This document shows positions 1 through 9,060 of a stretch of DNA of 64,000 bases, one piece after another; position 1 is the first letter of the stretch; every line of letters begins with the position of its first letter. Under the pieces are notes generated by a model. The model was not told the DNA's origin and did not search any database. It saw nothing but the letters and a program-made list of their open reading frames with translations. The DNA comes from Planctomycetota bacterium. GTDB taxonomy: Bacteria; Planctomycetota; Planctomycetia; Pirellulales; JADFKK01. The translations under genes and the position numbers were made by a program. Where the stretch lies: the NCBI GenBank assembly GCA_022564995.1, contig JADFKK010000001.1, positions 30,786 to 94,785 of the forward strand, given 5' to 3'.

Positions 1-1
1 T

Positions 2-3000
2 CCCCATTTCGTTGAAATCCAGTTCCTCGAGATGCTGGCCCAGCAGATCGAATGGATGAAGTATGAACAGGGCGCGAAGACAGAACTTCGCGACGACACG
101 CAGGAAGCCGTACTGCTGGCCGTGAAAGCGCGCAACTCGGCCGAGCGGGCAGCCGCGCCGGCTGACCAGCGGGCTCACTACTGGATTCAAAGCAAAGTCG
201 ACGAGGCTGACGCGGCAAGACGGCGGGCGGAAGACTGGCTTTACGTGGGAAGCGAAACGAAGATTAAAGACGCGCATGGTGCGTTGAAAACATTGTTGGA
301 TGAGACGTATCCGCAAGCCGCTCTGAGATCCAAGCAAGTCGCCGATGCCTACGATCTGCGCGATGAAGCCTGGAGGGACGCTCCGTACTTGGCGCAGCGA
401 ATGTTGGCCCACGCCTATCGGATGCTTGTCGTGCCCGACGACGAGGCCGCGCTGTCGGGAGTCGACGAGGCTGAAATGAAAAACGAGATGAGGAAGGAAA
501 TGAAAGCCGTCGGCGGGTTGCTGCTGGAAATGATAGGGGAAGCACATCGACTGGGCGAAAAACTGGATGCGGACCGTGTCGCTGCCGAGCTGCCCGATTC
601 AAAGCGCCTGGGGGATGCACTGACGGCGCTGCGGGAGCGCTATGATCCCTATATCGATAGCTATTCCCACGGACGCCGCAAAGTCGGCTTCACGACCATG
701 CGTGATGAGCTGCACAGCCCACGCTTCCTGTCGGACGACCGATCGGAACTGCGGAGCAATCTGCGCAAGAAATATCGGGAAGCGCTGTTTGGTCAGGACA
801 GCCTGCATCGGCTTAGCGACCCGACACCAGCCGACGACGTCGAGTATCTGCGATTGCTCGTCAAGCTTCGAGTGCATCCTGCGCTGGCGATTCTCGACCG
901 CCAGTGGGCACTGAAGATGCCCGCGGCGGACGATGATAAACGGCCGCCCGCTGGCAAGCCGGCGGATCGCCAGTCGCTGTTGAAACAGTTAGCCGAGATG
1001 GGTGGCCAGGTACGTTCCTCGCTGCGCCACGTGTGGGACGAACCGGCGCAAAGGAAATCGCAAGAACAAGTCGACAAGAACCTGAGAAAGCTGGAAGAAC
1101 TGGGCGCCGCAGGGCCGCGAGATCGCTCGAGGGCCATCCGCAGGCCGCTGGCCGCCGCCGATCACAGGCTGCGGGCGGCGATGCCGATACATCCCTGGAA
1201 ACAGACGGGCGACGGTCCAACGGCCCTGCTTCGATCGGTCGATCTTCACTTCCAATACCACTGGCACGCCCAGCGGATACTCGAAGATTTTTGGGGCAAG
1301 TCGGACGCGCGGGCAGCGCAGAATTACTTCGCCGCTGCTTCCCGGGGCTACCTCGATTCGGCACGGCGCCTGCCCGGCCTGCCATGGCACGACGAGCGCG
1401 AAGCCGCCGTGCTGAAAAAGCAGATCGAGCTGCTTGGCAAGGCGAAGTTTTCTATTTCCGGCATGTTGGATGCGTCCCGCAAACCGACGGACTTGAAAAA
1501 AGGAGAGCCCTATCGGCTCAAGCCGTCGGTCGAATTCGGCGTTCAGATCAGAGAATCGGGCGGGAAACAACTCGACGGCGAGGCAGCGATCTCTTTCGCG
1601 GACCAAAACAAAGAAGCACTAACAGTCAACTACGGCGAACAACTCGCTACGCGCATCCCCGCGTCGCTGGATTCCGAAACACAGGAATTCTCGATCAAGG
1701 AGCTGCCCGCTTCACTCACCGCCGCCCTTTGGTATCGAGGGCACCGCTGCGAAACGCTGATTCCACTCGCCTCGCCGCCCTTGTCCCCCAGGGTTATCGC
1801 GGTCCAGCATCCGGACAGATCAAAAACTAAAGTCACGATCGTCTCGGATCGACCGCCACGCGTTTACCTGGCAATTGTTTTGGACTGTTCGGGCTCGATG
1901 GAGAAGAGTGCGGGCTTGCCGCCGGTTCCGATTGATCCAGACGATCCAAGAAAGGGGGGGGCTGTGCCGAAGTTCGGCGATTCGAGATTCAATCATGTCA
2001 CGAACCGTCTGCTGAGAGTTTTGGACCAGTTGCCGAAAGAGAACTGCCATATCAACCTTTGGCTGTTCGGACACCGGGTCGGCCTGGTCAACAATGACGG
2101 CAGGGGTGGGCCTAAGTTTAAGGTGGTCAGAATACCAGGAGCGCCTGGTCCCGATAGAATCATGCCTGCAAACGACGTAGAGAATGTCCTAAAGAAATTT
2201 ACTCCGGCCGGCCCTGCCATCGTTGACATCAAAGCCAAGCTGATTGGCCTAAAGCGTGAGTTCCACGGAATCACCCCGCTTTACTTGTCCATGGGCAAGG
2301 CACTGGAGGCTCTGGAGAGAGAAAAAATAGGCTCCCAAGATTCACGCCAACTCCTCGTCATCACCGATGGCGTCGACGTGCAGATCAATGAGGACGGAGA
2401 AACCATTGCTGCTGCGTTCACGGCAGAGAGGCTGGCGACGATGGCTGCTGAATACTTCGCCAAAGACGGACGCATCGACGTTTATGGGATCGACTTGGAA
2501 GACGGCCTGGAGAAACTTAAGGCGCCGATCATGAAAAAGAAGGGCAGCCAGGGTCATTTCCAGATTCACAGCCATAAAGCGAAAAAAGCCATACTCGATC
2601 TGGAACGGAACCTGCGCAGTCTGATTCCTTCTCCCGAGTTCCGTGTCGTGCGACGAAGCAACGCGAACGCTGTCAAAACCGGCTGGCAGCCGTTGAGCAA
2701 CAATACCTTTGCCGTCAAGGACTTGGGGGGCGGACGAGAGAATTGCCAAGAGGATAAAGTGCCCAAGAAAGAAACGCTGCTGGTCGAAGTGCGCGGGATC
2801 AAGCATCCCCCAAAGCCCCTGCCCATCCGGCTGTATGGCGGAGAGAACGTGAAATTAAGCTTGAAATACGACTATAAAATTAAGAGATACGTTCTCAAGC
2901 ATGTATCGAGTAAGTCGGTTCGCCGGCCCGGAAAAACCAAGCAACCGCGACCCGAAAATGTGACGGGTAGCTCGCGAGAGTATTACATCATCCGTCACGA

Positions 3001-3712
3001 CCCTGAAATCGTGGCCAGCGCCCCTCAAGTCAACATCAGCCAAAGCAGGGACGTTATATTTCGCTTCTCCGTCCGCAACAAACGCGACGAGGACGACAAG
3101 GATAGCGGCGAATTTGTGCCTCGCCCCAGGTTTGTCTTGGCAAAGATCACGCCCGTCGCGCCAAACGCTCCCCCCGGCACGAATACGCACGAGTATCATT
3201 TCTACGAGCCGGTGTTCGACTCGTCTTATTCTTTTCCGTGCTTCACATTTCGGGCAAAAAATTGGCCTGGCAGGTCCGGCCCGGGGATTGCGGCCGCCAA
3301 CATCGAATTGTGGTACGTCATCGGCGACGTCGATTCCGATTTCACCGATTTGATGCCGCTGAAGGTCGACCGAGAAACACCGAAGAGACTCACCTATTTC
3401 AAGGACTTAGATTTGACGATCAAGCTCGAACGCTTCGGAGGTGACAATAAATGGAAAGTCACCGAGAAATATGGGCCTAACGCTGACAATCTGTTTAGCG
3501 TCGTGTTGGAAAGCAATCCACCAACCGACTACACGAAACGGACCTACTACCCTGAAAAAGATAAGATGCTAGTCTCACACGAGTTCCATTACGGGCCATC
3601 GGATATTCCCTGCATCCTCGTCCGTAAGAAGAGCGACATCAAGGAGTTCGCCGGTAAGAAGGTCGCCGGTCGGCGATTTTGGAGCGATGTCAGGATCGAA
3701 ATCGAGAAATAA
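2..3712 (+). CDS. large von Willebrand factor type A (vWA) domain protein, 5' end probably outside the window
   Basis: 1226-aa ORF from 32, and the frame stays open back to base 2. MIDAS-type DxSxS motif 'VLDCSGSM' near nt 1880. Lies directly upstream of hcp-vgrG-PAAR. Confidence 0.6.
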   Translation, partial: PHFVEIQFLEMLAQQIEWMKYEQGAKTELRDDTQEAVLLAVKARNSAERAAAPADQRAHYWIQSKVDEADAARRRAEDWLYVGSETKIKDAHGALKTLLDETYPQAALRSKQVADAYDLRDEAWRDAPYLAQRMLAHAYRMLVVPDDEAALSGVDEAEMKNEMRKEMKAVGGLLLEMIGEAHRLGEKLDADRVAAELPDSKRLGDALTALRERYDPYIDSYSHGRRKVGFTTMRDELHSPRFLSDDRSELRSNLRKKYREALFGQDSLHRLSDPTPADDVEYLRLLVKLRVHPALAILDRQWALKMPAADDDKRPPAGKPADRQSLLKQLAEMGGQVRSSLRHVWDEPAQRKSQEQVDKNLRKLEELGAAGPRDRSRAIRRPLAAADHRLRAAMPIHPWKQTGDGPTALLRSVDLHFQYHWHAQRILEDFWGKSDARAAQNYFAAASRGYLDSARRLPGLPWHDEREAAVLKKQIELLGKAKFSISGMLDASRKPTDLKKGEPYRLKPSVEFGVQIRESGGKQLDGEAAISFADQNKEALTVNYGEQLATRIPASLDSETQEFSIKELPASLTAALWYRGHRCETLIPLASPPLSPRVIAVQHPDRSKTKVTIVSDRPPRVYLAIVLDCSGSMEKSAGLPPVPIDPDDPRKGGAVPKFGDSRFNHVTNRLLRVLDQLPKENCHINLWLFGHRVGLVNNDGRGGPKFKVVRIPGAPGPDRIMPANDVENVLKKFTPAGPAIVDIKAKLIGLKREFHGITPLYLSMGKALEALEREKIGSQDSRQLLVITDGVDVQINEDGETIAAAFTAERLATMAAEYFAKDGRIDVYGIDLEDGLEKLKAPIMKKKGSQGHFQIHSHKAKKAILDLERNLRSLIPSPEFRVVRRSNANAVKTGWQPLSNNTFAVKDLGGGRENCQEDKVPKKETLLVEVRGIKHPPKPLPIRLYGGENVKLSLKYDYKIKRYVLKHVSSKSVRRPGKTKQPRPENVTGSSREYYIIRHDPEIVASAPQVNISQSRDVIFRFSVRNKRDEDDKDSGEFVPRPRFVLAKITPVAPNAPPGTNTHEYHFYEPVFDSSYSFPCFTFRAKNWPGRSGPGIAAANIELWYVIGDVDSDFTDLMPLKVDRETPKRLTYFKDLDLTIKLERFGGDNKWKVTEKYGPNADNLFSVVLESNPPTDYTKRTYYPEKDKMLVSHEFHYGPSDIPCILVRKKSDIKEFAGKKVAGRRFWSDVRIEIEK

Positions 3713-3881
3713 TCGGCTAAAATGCCGTCGATTTCGGCCCGCTGGAGTTTCTCGGAGAAAAAAGCAGATTGTAGGCAACTTTTCGGCTCAGCCTACGACA
3801 ACTTTAGCATCAGCCGCCGGGTTACAGCAGCGGCAAGCGTACAACCAACATCCTGTACTTTACTCTTGAAGGAGAAGGAAA

Positions 3882-4364
3882 ATGGCAGCTTACATCAAAT
3901 TTGACGGAATCAGTGGGGAATCAAAAGACAAGGATCACGCGGACTGGAGCGATTTGGCGTCGTTCGGTCAGGCTCTCCATCAGCCCGGCGGCGGGGCGAC
4001 CGGGGCGACGCGCCGAAGAGGGGACGTGATCCTCGACGATCTGACGTGCAGCAAGGAACTGGACAAGTCGAGCCCGAAGATCGCCGAGGCGGTTTGCAAC
4101 GGCAAGGTCTTTCCCAAAGTGGAGATTCACTTGACCGCCTCAATTACGGATGCCGGCCGAGTAACGTATTACGCCTACGAACTCACCAACGTCTGTGTCA
4201 CCAGCTACAACATCAGCGGTAGCGGCCAGAGTGACGACGTGCCGATGGAAGACTTCAGTTTGAACTACGAGGAAATCAAGGTCACGTATACCGAAAACGA
4301 CAGCAAGGGGAAGAAGAAAGGCAACGTCGAGTACACCTGGAAGGTCGAAGAGGGCGAGTCTTAG
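3882..4364 (+). CDS. hcp: type VI secretion tube protein Hcp (TssD)
   Basis: 160 aa. N-terminus 'MAAYIKFDGISGESKDKDH..W' and 'DKSSPKI' are typical Hcp1-family signatures. GGAGAAGGA Shine-Dalgarno sequence 6 nt upstream of the ATG. Confidence 0.85.
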   Translation: MAAYIKFDGISGESKDKDHADWSDLASFGQALHQPGGGATGATRRRGDVILDDLTCSKELDKSSPKIAEAVCNGKVFPKVEIHLTASITDAGRVTYYAYELTNVCVTSYNISGSGQSDDVPMEDFSLNYEEIKVTYTENDSKGKKKGNVEYTWKVEEGES

Positions 4365-4501
4365 GCCCCCCGCTCGAACTGGCTGCTTACCGACGCCGTG
4401 GAATCAGGGCAAGGCCTTGGTTCCACGGCGGTGTTTTGTCGTCGCCGCGCGCCGACGGTTGATTTCCGCGCGGCGCATGTTGTGGTCCGGAGGCTCGTGT
4501 T

Positions 4502-6718
4502 ATGGCAAATCTGCTAAACATCATTACGTCGCCGGTTGACGACCTGCTGCTGGGATCTTTCTCGGGATACGAAGAACTGTCCCGCTTGTTCAACTTCACG
4601 CTGCAGCTTACGTCGCGCGAGGATCACAACGTCTCACCGGACCAATTGGTCGGAAAACCGTTTGCCTTTAGCGTTAAATCCGATCTGGCCGACGCCGAGG
4701 GCGACGCCCGGCAGGAAGAGCGTTTCTTTCACGGATACGTCAATCGGTTTGTCGTCCACGGCAGCCAGGGCGGTCTCTGCCGTTACGAGATCGACGTCGT
4801 GCCCCGGATGTGGTTCCTCACCCGCACGTCCGATTGTCGTATTTTTTCCAAGAAGAAACTTCTCGACGTCGTCGAGTCGATTCTCCAAGAGCACGAAATC
4901 GATTTTGAATCGAGCAATTTGAACAAAGGCAGCTATCCCGATCGCGAATACTGCGTGCAGTATCGTGAAACCGATTTCAACTTCATCTCGCGATTGTTGG
5001 AGCAGGAAGGCGTCTATTATTACTTTCAGCACAGCCAGGACGGACACAAGCTGATCCTCTGCGACGCACCGAGCCATTACCGCGCGGACGATAACTGCCA
5101 GGAAGTCCCCTACGATGACAGCTTTCCGTTCACGCAGGCCAGCGTCACCCAATGGGTTCGGCAGTATCAGTTCGTGTCTGGTGGTTACGCCCAGACCGAT
5201 TACAACTACGAGGAAAATCCAGCTCGCGGCGATAAGACCCCTGCCGGGCTGCTAAAATCGCAGGCCAACATTGCTGGCCCTGCCGCGAATCTTACCGACG
5301 TGCAGAAATACGAAGTTTTCGACTACCCCGGCGAGTATGCCGACAAATCCGGTGGAGACCATTACACCGGGCGGAGGATGGAGGAAGAAGCGGCGGCCTA
5401 CGACGTTGCCAACGGCAGCAGCCTGCTCAGCCACTTCAGCGCGGGAGTGAAAATGAAGCTGGTTTTCCCGGCCGGGCCGCCGGCTCATCCACAAAAAGAA
5501 TCGCAGGACGGCGAGTATGCGATCCGTTCCGTTCAACACTCGGGAAGCAGCTCCGCCGACGGCACCGGTTCCGGCGCAGATTATTCAAATACCTTTACGG
5601 CGATTCCCGCCGACATGAAGTTTCGAACCCCGCGGATCACGCCTAAACCGCTCATCAGCGGCGTACAAACGGCCGTGGTGGTCGGCCCGCCCGGCAGCGA
5701 GATTCATACCGACGAATTGGGCCGGGTCCAACTCCAGTTTTTTTGGGACCGCTACGGCACTCGATCGCAAGGGGGTGACGAACAGGAGCCTATTTGGGTG
5801 CGGGTCGGTCAGATCAGCGCGGGTAAAAAATGGGGAGCGATGTTCATTCCGCGCGTCGGCCAAGAAGTGATCGTCACCTTTCTCGAGGGCGACCCCGATC
5901 GACCGCTGGTGACCGGCGGCGTTTACAACCGCGATCAGGAGCCCGCCTACAATCCGAAAGAAAACAAGACCAGGAGCGGCATCAAGACCTGCTCTTCGCC
6001 GGGGGCCGACGGCTTCAACGAACTGCGATTCGAAGACAAGAAGGGCGAAGAGCAAGTCTATATCCATGCCGAAAAGGACATGGAGGTGCGGGTCAAGAAC
6101 GACTCGAAGCTGCGAGTCTTCGGAAACCGGCATCAAATCGTGGGCACGGACGACGGCGGGAGCCTTTACGAGCAGGTCTATGAAGACAAGCACGTCGAAG
6201 TCAAGCAACACCTCATCCAACACATCGAAGGTAACTCCCAACTGACCGTGGGCAACGGCGACGCCTCGGACGGCGGCCATCTGGAAGTGGTGATCGAGAA
6301 GAAAGAAACGCGAAAAATCGGGCCCGATGGCTTACACCTAACGATTGAGGGCGACTACATCGAGAAAATCGGCGGTGGCCTGTCACAAGATATCGGCGGA
6401 GACCAGCAGACAAAAATTGGCGCGAATCTCGGGATCGAAGCCGGACAAGACATCCACATCAAGGGCGGAATGAACGTCGTCATCGAAGCCGGAATGCAAC
6501 TGTCGCTAAAGGTTGGTGGGAACTTCATCAGCATCGGGCCAGCCGGGATCGCCATTCAAGGCACCACCGTATTGATCAACAGCGGCGGCGCCGCCGGTAG
6601 CGGTAAAGGGGCCAAACCGGAAAATCCCAAGAAAGCGAAAGACGCCAAGCCAAAGGAACCCAAAGTCGCCGCCGAAAAGAACAAACACAAGGCGGGCCAG
6701 ATTTCCACGCCGTTTTAA
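4502..6718 (+). CDS. vgrG: VgrG (TssI) spike protein with Lys-rich C-terminal tail
   Basis: 738 aa. Contains 'FFHGYV' and 'RVGQISAGKKWGAMFIPRVGQEVIVTFLEGDPDRPLVTGGVYN', the gp27/gp5 core motifs of VgrG. Followed by beta-helix-like G-rich repeats. Confidence 0.9.
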   Translation: MANLLNIITSPVDDLLLGSFSGYEELSRLFNFTLQLTSREDHNVSPDQLVGKPFAFSVKSDLADAEGDARQEERFFHGYVNRFVVHGSQGGLCRYEIDVVPRMWFLTRTSDCRIFSKKKLLDVVESILQEHEIDFESSNLNKGSYPDREYCVQYRETDFNFISRLLEQEGVYYYFQHSQDGHKLILCDAPSHYRADDNCQEVPYDDSFPFTQASVTQWVRQYQFVSGGYAQTDYNYEENPARGDKTPAGLLKSQANIAGPAANLTDVQKYEVFDYPGEYADKSGGDHYTGRRMEEEAAAYDVANGSSLLSHFSAGVKMKLVFPAGPPAHPQKESQDGEYAIRSVQHSGSSSADGTGSGADYSNTFTAIPADMKFRTPRITPKPLISGVQTAVVVGPPGSEIHTDELGRVQLQFFWDRYGTRSQGGDEQEPIWVRVGQISAGKKWGAMFIPRVGQEVIVTFLEGDPDRPLVTGGVYNRDQEPAYNPKENKTRSGIKTCSSPGADGFNELRFEDKKGEEQVYIHAEKDMEVRVKNDSKLRVFGNRHQIVGTDDGGSLYEQVYEDKHVEVKQHLIQHIEGNSQLTVGNGDASDGGHLEVVIEKKETRKIGPDGLHLTIEGDYIEKIGGGLSQDIGGDQQTKIGANLGIEAGQDIHIKGGMNVVIEAGMQLSLKVGGNFISIGPAGIAIQGTTVLINSGGAAGSGKGAKPENPKKAKDAKPKEPKVAAEKNKHKAGQISTPF

Positions 6719-6792
6719 TACTTCAGCGCAACGTCGTCAGCGGCTTTCAAGGATGGAAAACGTGTCTGGAACGATCGGTTTCCGGAAAGCAA

Positions 6793-6950
6793 GGGACTGG
6801 AGATTGGGGGCTGGAGACTGGAGACTGGAGACTGGAGACTGGGGGCTGGAGACTGGGGGCTGGAGACTGGGGCGGGACGAGTCGGAAGCGAGGTTTCCCT
6901 AGTCCCCAGCACCTAGTCCCCAGTCTCTAGTCCCCAGCCCCCCAGTCCCC
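6793..6950. repeat. heptamer-phased imperfect palindrome (GACTGGA/GACTGGG/GGCTGGA units facing CTAGTCC/CCAGTCT units)
   Basis: About 11 tandem 7-nt units at 6793-6872. The loosely complementary C-rich units lie at 6897-6950, separated by a ~24-nt spacer. Confidence 0.8.
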
Positions 6951-7026
6951 AAACGCCCTACACAACATCGGCCTTCACAACCTAGCGCGGTCGTACTAAG
7001 TAAAAGACCAAAACAAAGGAGACGTC

Positions 7027-7311
7027 ATGCCACCCGCCGCGCGACTTGGTGATCTCCACGTCTGCCCGATGTTTGACGGACCGAAACCGCACGTCGGCGG
7101 ACCGATTGCGCTCGGCTGCTTTACCGTCATGATCGGCGGTCAGCCAGCGGCCCGCGTTGGCGACATGGCCGTTTGTGTCGGCCCTCCGGACGCCATCGCC
7201 ATGGGCTCCACGGGCGTCCTGATCGGCTATATGCCGGCCGCCCGCATGGGCGACACTACCGTCCACGGCGGCAAGATCGCCGTCGGCTTTCCCACCGTGA
7301 TGATTGGGTGA
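7027..7311 (+). CDS. PAAR domain protein (spike tip), no toxin extension
   Basis: 94 aa with three PAAR-type motifs (PAARLGD, PAARVGD, PAARMGD). AAGGAG Shine-Dalgarno sequence upstream. Confidence 0.85.
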   Translation: MPPAARLGDLHVCPMFDGPKPHVGGPIALGCFTVMIGGQPAARVGDMAVCVGPPDAIAMGSTGVLIGYMPAARMGDTTVHGGKIAVGFPTVMIG

Positions 7312-7401
7312 GCGGTCGTAAGAGCGACCGACAAAGAAGTCCGGAGCGTTCACTGTCACCAACCGTCCGCAAAAGCGTGAAAACTCTCGACAATACGTCA
7401 G

Positions 7402-7409
7402 CACCTTTG
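7402..7409. repeat. left copy of the 8-bp target-site duplication CACCTTTG of element E1
   Basis: The identical 8-mer abuts the other element end at 11535-11542. Confidence 0.75.
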
Positions 7410-7466
7410 GGCAGTGACACCGTTTCAGCCGTTGTCAGAGAGAAACGGTGGGAATGAGAAGAAAAG

Positions 7467-7751
7467 CTAAGGCAGAATCTCGCACTGCGGCGAATCCTGC
7501 TTGGGCGTTTCGAGGTCGTGCGGAAAAAATAGAATACAACGGTCGTGGTATGGATTCGGGCCAAAAAATCCGTTATGCTCACCGAAGCGTTTTTGCAACC
7601 ACGCCGCCGTCTCTTCTTTTTGCTTCTGTAGTGCCCGGTACTGCCTGTACTGAACCCAGCCGCCAAATGCGACGGTGGCCACCGTCATCACAATCATCAG
7701 CGTCTTCAGGCTGAACTGATACCAGCGACGTTTGTGCGGTGAGGCGTTCAT
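7467..7751 (-). CDS. small membrane-anchored protein (cargo of E1)
   Basis: 94 aa. N-terminus 'KRRWYQFSLKTLMIVMTVATVAFGGW' gives one predicted TM helix. No recognisable domain. Confidence 0.55.
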   Translation of the reverse strand: MNASPHKRRWYQFSLKTLMIVMTVATVAFGGWVQYRQYRALQKQKEETAAWLQKRFGEHNGFFGPNPYHDRCILFFPHDLETPKQDSPQCEILP

Positions 7752-7753
7752 AC

Positions 7754-7798
7754 GCCCATTATCCTGTCCGGGGAGGGGGAGGGGGAGGGGAAGGGCTA
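7754..7798. repeat. dispersed G-tract element, copy 1
   Basis: GCCCATTATCCTGTCCGGGGAGGGGGAGGGGGAGGGGAAGGGCTA. Shares a 19-mer with copy 2 (21096-) and a 17-mer with copy 3 (55472-). Confidence 0.8.
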
Positions 7799-8410
7799 TT
7801 CAATCGAATCCCAGAGATTGTCTGCTTTTACCCGCCGCGAAATCACCCCCGCTGACACCTCAAATGGCGACGCAATGTAAGACTCGACCATCTTCCTCAC
7901 CTCTTCGCTTGGTACTGCTGAAGAAATAGCGCCGACACTACGTGCCGCGTCAACCGCCGTAGAGAAGTGGTCGTGAAGCGGCTTCTCCTGGACGAGGATA
8001 AGGCCACCAAGGGAATACGCTTGAAATTCAATCCATCGAAGCTGGTCGTGTGGGATTCCTGCTACGACTGCCTTCCACTCAAACACTGATGAGAAATCTA
8101 GCTCGGCGATTATGTCCTTGTGAAGAACAATGTGGGCCAACTCATGGGCAAGGCTAAAGCGATACCTGTTTGGCCGGTTCTTATAAACGAATTCGTCGAT
8201 ATAAACCGTCTTCAAATCTTTACTCGGCGCTGACTCCATCTCCAAGTTGTTCTGGAGCCCCGGAATTGCCACAATGTCAAGGTCAAACTCGTATTCGGCG
8301 ATGCGTTCGATGGGCACTGGTAGAGTGCCTTCCGGGTGGTGTTCTGCGAGAAACGTGTCTGCGACTTCTCGAAGCTTATCATATGGGAGAAAAGGGGCTT
8401 TGATGGGCAC
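7796..8410 (-). CDS. ImmA/IrrE family metallopeptidase
   Basis: 204 aa with the HExxH motif 'AHELAHIVLH'. Sits immediately downstream of an XRE regulator, as in ImmR/ImmA modules. Confidence 0.8.
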   Translation of the reverse strand: MPIKAPFLPYDKLREVADTFLAEHHPEGTLPVPIERIAEYEFDLDIVAIPGLQNNLEMESAPSKDLKTVYIDEFVYKNRPNRYRFSLAHELAHIVLHKDIIAELDFSSVFEWKAVVAGIPHDQLRWIEFQAYSLGGLILVQEKPLHDHFSTAVDAARSVGAISSAVPSEEVRKMVESYIASPFEVSAGVISRRVKADNLWDSIE

Positions 8411-8414
8411 GGCT

Positions 8415-8786
8415 TCATGATCTCCGTATCATTTCCAGCAATTCGTCCAGCTTTTCTGATGGAAACGGGTGCCCGCGAAGGGTCCGAAACAGGGCCGGAA
8501 GCTTGTCGATGAGTTCCTCATCGGACAGCAAGTCCTTTGGAAATTCACCGCGAGCCGCCGCCGCTGCATCAAAAAATTCAATCCATGCGTCCGTGTCTCG
8601 CTGAATCTCTAGGGCAACGGCATATTTTTCGAGTAGCTGTTGTCCCTGCGGTGGTGACGCGCGGCCGCGCTCCAGGCGGCTGTAGTTGCCAGGGTCAATG
8701 TCGTTTTTGAGGCAAAACTCGCGGAGCGTGAGCCCCAATTTTTTGCGATGTGCCTTGAGCGTTCTGCCAAATATGTTTTCCGCCAT
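8415..8786 (-). CDS. XRE-family helix-turn-helix regulator
   Basis: 'LKAHRKKLGLTLREFCLKNDIDPGNYSRLERGR' HTH_XRE signature. Start chosen at the internal ATG (8786), which is preceded by GGAGGA; the ORF track extends to 8846. Confidence 0.8.
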   Translation of the reverse strand: MAENIFGRTLKAHRKKLGLTLREFCLKNDIDPGNYSRLERGRASPPQGQQLLEKYAVALEIQRDTDAWIEFFDAAAAARGEFPKDLLSDEELIDKLPALFRTLRGHPFPSEKLDELLEMIRRS

Positions 8787-8834
8787 GATGAGTCCTCCGC
8801 ATCGCGGACGTAAGTCGTTTTGGATATTGTACTT

Positions 8835-8862
8835 ATAATACAACACCGGCCGACCTAGTCAA
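8835..8862 (-). promoter_or_regulatory. candidate sigma70-type promoter of the E1 XRE gene, overlapped by the palindrome TTGTA-N7-TACAA (8827-8843)
   Basis: On the minus strand: TTGACT, 16-nt spacer, TATTAT. A second TACAA-N3-TTGTA lies near 8957-8969. Confidence 0.4.
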
Positions 8863-9060
8863 GTGATGTCTGGAAGATCATCGTCTTTGTCAGGTCATAT
8901 CTTAACGCCCTTTGGCGGAGTGTCAAGATGACGAGTCGCGTAAATCTCTGGAAATACAACAATTGTAGTCACGTCCGTTGGTCACCCGGGGGTCACTTAA
9001 GTGCCGTTCGTTTCACTGGACCCTCTTGAAAAAGATGAGAAGGATGACTAGACTTCGTGT

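Noticed and set aside
7467-8786. The small TM protein, ImmA and XRE considered as a T6SS effector/immunity set downstream of PAAR
   Set aside because: All three lie inside the IR/TSD-delimited transposon E1 and have lower GC than the hcp-vgrG-PAAR genes. Their adjacency to the T6SS module is an insertion accident.
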